Position numbers and translations under genes: made by a program | Part shown: one piece after another, positions 59,497-64,000 of the stretch | How positions within the stretch are numbered: the stretch's first letter is position 1 | How the letters are laid out: the number at the start of each line of letters is the position of its first letter | From: an uncultured Gemmatimonadales bacterium | Lineage (GTDB): Bacteria > Gemmatimonadota > Gemmatimonadetes > Gemmatimonadales > Gemmatimonadaceae | DNA: 64,000 nucleotides | Assembly (NCBI GenBank): GCA_963701965.1 | Contig: OY969695.1 | Span: 2,176,001 to 2,240,000, forward strand | Direction: 5' to 3' | The notes under the pieces: generated by a model | The model's database searches: none | Told to the model about the DNA's origin: nothing | Seen by the model: only the letters and a program-made list of their open reading frames with translations

Positions 59497-60214
59497 TGTC
59501 ATCTCCAATCGCCGCTGAAAGGGTGCCGATAAGTTTCGCGAGATCTCGGTGCATCTGTGCGCGCGCCTCGGCGACCTTCGCCAACACTTGCGAGGAACCT
59601 TCGGGTTCGGCCGATCCGTTGGGCACTGAGAACGCCCGTTCGATCTCTTCATTTCGGGCGATGATTTCGGACATCGAACGCAACATCGATCGAGGAAGCT
59701 CAGCCCCTCCGCCGTACTTGATGTCCTTATCGTTCCGATCGGACAACTTCTCGGACAGCTCAGCCCATCCGTGTTGAAGCCAAGTGCGGACCTGAATCTC
59801 TACCGGCTTGCCATTCCTCTCTACAACGACGTGAACCGCTCGATAACCATGACTCGGCTCCCGGCGGCGATCGATCACACGCGCGTCGGCAAATACCGAG
59901 TGCAGCTGACCCACCACTCCATCCTGCTCGGACAGGTTCGAGACGATCAGCCGGCAACCAGCCATATCTTGAATTTGACTGAGGCGAATGCTCTCCCGAC
60001 GCAGTTTGTCCACGATCGCAGTAGTCGATTTCGCGGCTCGACCTGTTGGCTGCAGACCCAGGCGATCTCTGATTGTGGAGATGACGAATTCATAGGCTTC
60101 GCCGAAAGATCGACGGTAGTGGTCCAACAGCAGCAGGTCTGCCTCACTCGTATCGCCTCCCTTCAAACGATCACCAAGGCGATCGACCTGCGTCTTCGAC
60201 TCGCGCTTCGCCAT
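59480..60214 (-). CDS. Small alarmone synthetase-like toxin (RelA/SpoT SYNTH domain, PhRel/CapRel-like)
   Basis: SKTQVDRLGDRL, R.AKS...I..KL.R...LSQIQDMAGCRLI, GYRAVH, EIQVRT.LQH.WAE.SE, IKYG; no HD, TGS or ACT domain. Confidence 0.9.
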   Translation of the reverse strand: MAKRESKTQVDRLGDRLKGGDTSEADLLLLDHYRRSFGEAYEFVISTIRDRLGLQPTGRAAKSTTAIVDKLRRESIRLSQIQDMAGCRLIVSNLSEQDGVVGQLHSVFADARVIDRRREPSHGYRAVHVVVERNGKPVEIQVRTWLQHGWAELSEKLSDRNDKDIKYGGGAELPRSMLRSMSEIIARNEEIERAFSVPNGSAEPEGSSQVLAKVAEARAQMHRDLAKLIGTLSAAIGDDNAISD

Positions 60215-60231
60215 TCGGACCCCCGAAAGAG

Positions 60232-60271
60232 CAAAACGGCGCCGAATGAGCTAAGCTCATACAGCGCCGTT
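60232..60271 (-). terminator. Intrinsic terminator after tRNA-Gln
   Basis: Minus-strand hairpin AACGGCGCTGTATGAGC-TTA-GCTCATTCGGCGCCGTT followed by TTGCTCTTT. Confidence 0.65.
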
Positions 60272-60280
60272 ATTTACCAG

Positions 60281-60353
60281 TTGCCCCTCCTGGGCTCGAA
60301 CCAGGACTCTCCTGATCCAGAGTCAGGCGTGTTGCCAGTTACACCAAGGGGCA
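60281..60353 (-). tRNA. tRNA-Gln(CTG), CCA not encoded
   Basis: TGCCCCT/AGGGGCA acceptor stem; TGGTGTAACTGGCAACA D arm; CCTGA-CTCTGGA-TCAGG anticodon arm; GGTTCGAGCC T arm. Confidence 0.97.
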
Positions 60354-60446
60354 GTACGGTCCGGTCCCGGCGCGTCTGGACGCGCGCCAGGACCGAAAAA
60401 GAATGACGAGCCACCGCCCGCCCCCGCAAGCCCGGCGGACTGTGGC

Positions 60447-62612
60447 TTACTGCGTCACCGCCCCGGCCGCCGGGATCGTCATCCCCAAATTCGCCGCCGT
60501 GAACGTGATCGCGTCGGCCGTATTCGCGATCCGCTTATCCGTGGGCAGATACCCGTGGCTCCCCTCGGTCTCCACATGGATCAGGACCGGCTTGGCACAG
60601 CCCTGCGCCACCTGCATGGCCGCCGTGAACTTGTAGCTGTGACTCGGCACCACGCGGTCATCGTGGTCGGCCGTCGTCACCAACGTCGCCGGATAACAGG
60701 TACCCGCGTGCACGTTCTGCACTGGTGAGTACTTGATCAAGTACCGGAACGCCGTCGAGTCCGACGCCGAGCCGTACTCGCCGGCCCACGCGGCACCACC
60801 GGTGAAGTGATCGTAGCGCAGCATGTCCATCACCCCGACCGCCGGCAACGCCACGCCGAACAAGTCCGGACGCTGCTCCTCCACAGCCCCCACCAACAGC
60901 CCACCGTTCGATCCACCCTGAATGGCCAACTTCGCCGGCGACGTCACCTTTTCCTTCTCCAGATATTCCGCCGCCGCAATGAAATCATCGAACACGTTCT
61001 GCTTCTTCTCCAACATTCCGGCGCGATGCCACGCCTCGCCATACTCACCACCACCCCGGAGACTCGCCGTCGCATACACCCCGCCCAGCTCCAGCCACAG
61101 TGGGATATCCGAGGCGTAGGTCGGCGTGAGACTGATGTCGAACCCGCCGTACGCGTACAGGAGCGTCGGGTGCGACCCGTCGAGCACGAGCCCCTTCTTC
61201 GCCGTGATGAACATCGGCACCTTCGTCCCGTCCTTCGACGGATAGAAGACCTCCCGCGTCTCGTACCCGCTCACATCGAACGGCAACTTCGGCGCTTCGA
61301 ACGGGCGCCGCGTGTCCGTCGTGAGATCGTAGCGGAAAATCGTCGGCGGATAGAGCGGCGACGTGAACGCGAACAGGAGCTCGGGCGAATCCAACCGGGC
61401 GCCGATCCCAGCCACCGCCCCCACGCCCGGCAGCGCGATGTGCCCCTGCGCCACACCCCTGAGCGACAGGACATGCAGCTCGCTCTTCACATCCACGAGC
61501 TCCTCCAATACCAGATGCCCACCGGCCAACGCCGCGCTCTCGATGTGATTGTTCGACTCCGGCACGATCGTCTTCCAATGCGCCGAGTCCGGATGCGCAA
61601 GATCGACAGCGATCACCTTCCGCTTGGGCGCGCCATGGTCCGTCAACACGTAGAGCGTCGACCCCACAACGTCGAGCGGGAAATAGTCGGCCTCTGCCTG
61701 TGACACCACCGGCATCATCGGTGCATCCACGCGCGGATGCGCAGGATCGCCCAAGTTCACCACTCCCAGCGTCTTTATCGGATCGGTCCCCGGCGTCGAG
61801 ATCAGAAAGAGATACCGCCCATCCTCGCTGACCTGCGCCTGCACGAACCAGTTGGGCTTGTCGGCCCGCTCGTAGATCATCCGGTCCGCCGACTGCGGCG
61901 TGCCGACCTTATGGTAGTAGACGCGCTGATGCTCCAGGGCCGCGCTCAACTTCTGCGCGGCCGACACATCCGGGAACCGCTCATAGAAGAACCCGCGATT
62001 GTCCGCCGTCCACGACAACCCGGAGAACCGCACGTACTTGACCGTGTCCGCGAAATCCTTCCCCGTCGCCACGGTCCGCACCAACACGTCCCGCCAGTCG
62101 GCGCCCCCCTCGGACAACCCGAACGCGACGTACTTGCCGTCCGGCGACGGCGACCACTCCGCCAACGAGACCGACCCATCCGGCGACAACGTGTTCGGAT
62201 CAATCACCACCGACGGCGCCCCGTCCGCTCCCCGCCGCATATAGAGCACAGACTGCCGCTGCAACCCGCTGTTTTTTTGATAGAACCAGATCTTCCCCAA
62301 ATCACCGCGTACCGGCAAGGACGTGCGCGGAAAATTCCAGAGCTCCGTCAACCGCCGCTTCACGAAGTCGCGACTCGCCAGATGCGAGAAATAATCCGCC
62401 GTCACCGCGTTCTCCGACGCCACCCACGCATGTACCGGCGCCGCGTTCAGATCCTCCATCCATTGATAGGGCTTGGGCACCGGAGTCCCGAACATCGTGT
62501 CGACCACCGGGTCCGCCGTCGCCACCGGATAGTGCAGCCCCTGTGCGCCAGCCGGCGCGACCCCAATGCCTCCCACCACCACCGCCATCAGAAAAACGGT
62601 CGTACAGCGCAT
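60447..62612 (-). CDS. Secreted prolyl oligopeptidase (S9A)
   Basis: Signal peptide; PYQWME, YGGF, RGGGEYGEAWH, GGSNGG, DDRV, SHG. Confidence 0.96.
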   Translation of the reverse strand: MRCTTVFLMAVVVGGIGVAPAGAQGLHYPVATADPVVDTMFGTPVPKPYQWMEDLNAAPVHAWVASENAVTADYFSHLASRDFVKRRLTELWNFPRTSLPVRGDLGKIWFYQKNSGLQRQSVLYMRRGADGAPSVVIDPNTLSPDGSVSLAEWSPSPDGKYVAFGLSEGGADWRDVLVRTVATGKDFADTVKYVRFSGLSWTADNRGFFYERFPDVSAAQKLSAALEHQRVYYHKVGTPQSADRMIYERADKPNWFVQAQVSEDGRYLFLISTPGTDPIKTLGVVNLGDPAHPRVDAPMMPVVSQAEADYFPLDVVGSTLYVLTDHGAPKRKVIAVDLAHPDSAHWKTIVPESNNHIESAALAGGHLVLEELVDVKSELHVLSLRGVAQGHIALPGVGAVAGIGARLDSPELLFAFTSPLYPPTIFRYDLTTDTRRPFEAPKLPFDVSGYETREVFYPSKDGTKVPMFITAKKGLVLDGSHPTLLYAYGGFDISLTPTYASDIPLWLELGGVYATASLRGGGEYGEAWHRAGMLEKKQNVFDDFIAAAEYLEKEKVTSPAKLAIQGGSNGGLLVGAVEEQRPDLFGVALPAVGVMDMLRYDHFTGGAAWAGEYGSASDSTAFRYLIKYSPVQNVHAGTCYPATLVTTADHDDRVVPSHSYKFTAAMQVAQGCAKPVLIHVETEGSHGYLPTDKRIANTADAITFTAANLGMTIPAAGAVTQ

Positions 62613-62620
62613 GTGATCTC

Positions 62621-63115
62621 CTAGATCCAACGTGGTACTCGCTCTCGATACCGCCGATAATCCGACCCAAACTCCGACTCGAGATACTTTTCCTCCCGAT
62701 CGATCACCAAGCGACGTACCACCACAACTTCGACCGCCACCATGAGGAGCGGCCACACGGCGTTCGCCATGACCGCGAGACCGGCGCTGACCATCGCCAG
62801 ACCGAGGTACATGGGATTCCGTGTCCAGCGATAGGGTCCGCTGATCACCAATGCCGTCGTCGGCCGATCGGGCCGCACGCTCGATCCCGTGCGCAAGATC
62901 ATCGCGAGCGCGACCACCACCAGCACTACACCGCCAACTAAGACGAACAGCCCCGGCGCCTGCCACACATATGGCGCCGCACTCCGCGGAAAGATGGGGC
63001 CGCCGAGCCACCACTCCAGCAAGAAACCCACGGCCAGCCCGACGATATAGTACAGCGGCGGCGGGATGCGCCCCCGGCGGTCCGGTCGCTCTTCGGTTTC
63101 AAACTCGTTCGCCAC
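62621..63115 (-). CDS. Isoprenylcysteine carboxyl methyltransferase / PEMT-family membrane protein
   Basis: LVISGPYRWTRNPMYLG, REEKYL...FG..Y..Y..RVPRW. Confidence 0.92.
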   Translation of the reverse strand: MANEFETEERPDRRGRIPPPLYYIVGLAVGFLLEWWLGGPIFPRSAAPYVWQAPGLFVLVGGVVLVVVALAMILRTGSSVRPDRPTTALVISGPYRWTRNPMYLGLAMVSAGLAVMANAVWPLLMVAVEVVVVRRLVIDREEKYLESEFGSDYRRYRERVPRWI

Positions 63116-63161
63116 GGGCCGAACTTACGGCCAGGGCGCGCCCGACCGCTAGCTTTCACCA

Positions 63162-64000
63162 GTGCCGTTTCGTGACCCCCGCCGCGCCGCCCGCGTTGGA
63201 CTCCTGGGGGCACTCCTCGTGAGCGCCCTGGTGAGCCTCGCGGCCTGCCACGACACCCCCCAAGCGTTCGCGCCCGGCGTCATCGCCGCCCGCACCAACG
63301 CCGACTCGTTCTTCCTGGCGCTGGAACAGCGATTCACCGCCGTCCAACGCTCGCCCCGATTCGCCGCGGCCCGCACGCTCCTGATCCGCGACGCGCTCGC
63401 CCCCTCGCGCGTATTCAATGATACCATCGCATGGAACGGGGCGGCGGCCGGCGGCGACCCGCCGCCCAATGTCCGCACGCTTACCGTACGCGGATCGTTC
63501 GCCAACAACGGCCACTACGTCCTGGCCGAAGACGCGGCCGCGACCCTGCCCGCCCGCTTCGGCGAAACCCTCCAAGTGGTCCGCCTGGAGCACATCACCA
63601 AAGGCCAATACGAGTGGACCACGCGCGCCGTCGGCGCCGTCGGCTCCCTCACCGGCGATGACCTGGCCCGCGTCCTCTCCGCGCTCATCTCGGCGTCCGC
63701 CACCCGCGCCGAACCCGCGCTCCGCACGGACTACCGGACCGCATTCCCACGCACCACCCAGACCGTGGGCCGCCTGCTCAACCTCGACACGCTGCGCACG
63801 GAACCGCTCGGCGACGGCACCACCGTCGTCACGCTCGTCACGAGTTTCCACCCCGAGCGCATCGCGGCCGCGTTCCCCGCGTACGCGAAATACATCAAGA
63901 AGTACGTGATGCCCTCACGGTTCGCGATGGTGGTCACAGACCACAGCAACGATCGGTGGATCGACCTGCGCGGCGCCCTCGGCACCGTCACCGTCACCGT
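63162..64000 (+). CDS. Putative lipoprotein, partial at the right edge
   Basis: GTG 6 bp after TAGCTT; VGLLGALLVSALVSLAAC lipobox; GC3-rich frame, apparently open to the window end. Confidence 0.75.
   Translation, partial: MPFRDPRRAARVGLLGALLVSALVSLAACHDTPQAFAPGVIAARTNADSFFLALEQRFTAVQRSPRFAAARTLLIRDALAPSRVFNDTIAWNGAAAGGDPPPNVRTLTVRGSFANNGHYVLAEDAAATLPARFGETLQVVRLEHITKGQYEWTTRAVGAVGSLTGDDLARVLSALISASATRAEPALRTDYRTAFPRTTQTVGRLLNLDTLRTEPLGDGTTVVTLVTSFHPERIAAAFPAYAKYIKKYVMPSRFAMVVTDHSNDRWIDLRGALGTVTVT

Larger units (their letters stand above)
53325..60308. mobile_element. Genomic island integrated at tRNA-Gln; no integrase present
   Basis: Flanked by 30-bp direct repeats; 56.7-60.2 kb is visibly more AT-rich at third codon positions than flanking genes (qualitative); defence-type cargo. 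Confidence 0.8.

Noticed and set aside
59480..60214. Housekeeping relA/spoT
   Set aside because: The protein is only 244 aa, lacks HD, TGS and ACT domains, lies in an island and is coupled to a small ORF.

Overview
High-GC bacterial DNA, most likely Gemmatimonadota. This is inferred from the five ADOP-type duplicated permeases plus one remnant, acidobacterial-type PadR regulators, and a Ser/Thr kinase with TolB-like repeats. About 1-50 kb is an accessory mosaic: alpha/beta hydrolases, a degenerate MocR, a CheB-CheR-histidine kinase fusion, NAD-dependent formate dehydrogenase with LysR, MerR-GyrI, secreted peptidases, VapBC, GH144-like and GH39 glycosidases, and many truncated gene remnants. 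The right part is organised around tRNA-Gln(CTG) at 60281-60353 (-). Its 3' end is repeated exactly (30 bp) at 53325 and in degenerate form at 50034, which delimits two stacked, integrase-less modules. One is a catalase-OxyR cassette. The other is a ~6.9 kb island carrying a split PhRel/CapRel-like toxic alarmone synthetase with a small antitoxin, and a DUF5131 radical-SAM-like / TcmP methyltransferase-like pair. That island is the best candidate for an undescribed defence or DNA-modification system. Several 1-bp frameshifts could be sequencing errors. All protein family calls come from motif recognition by eye, not from database searches.
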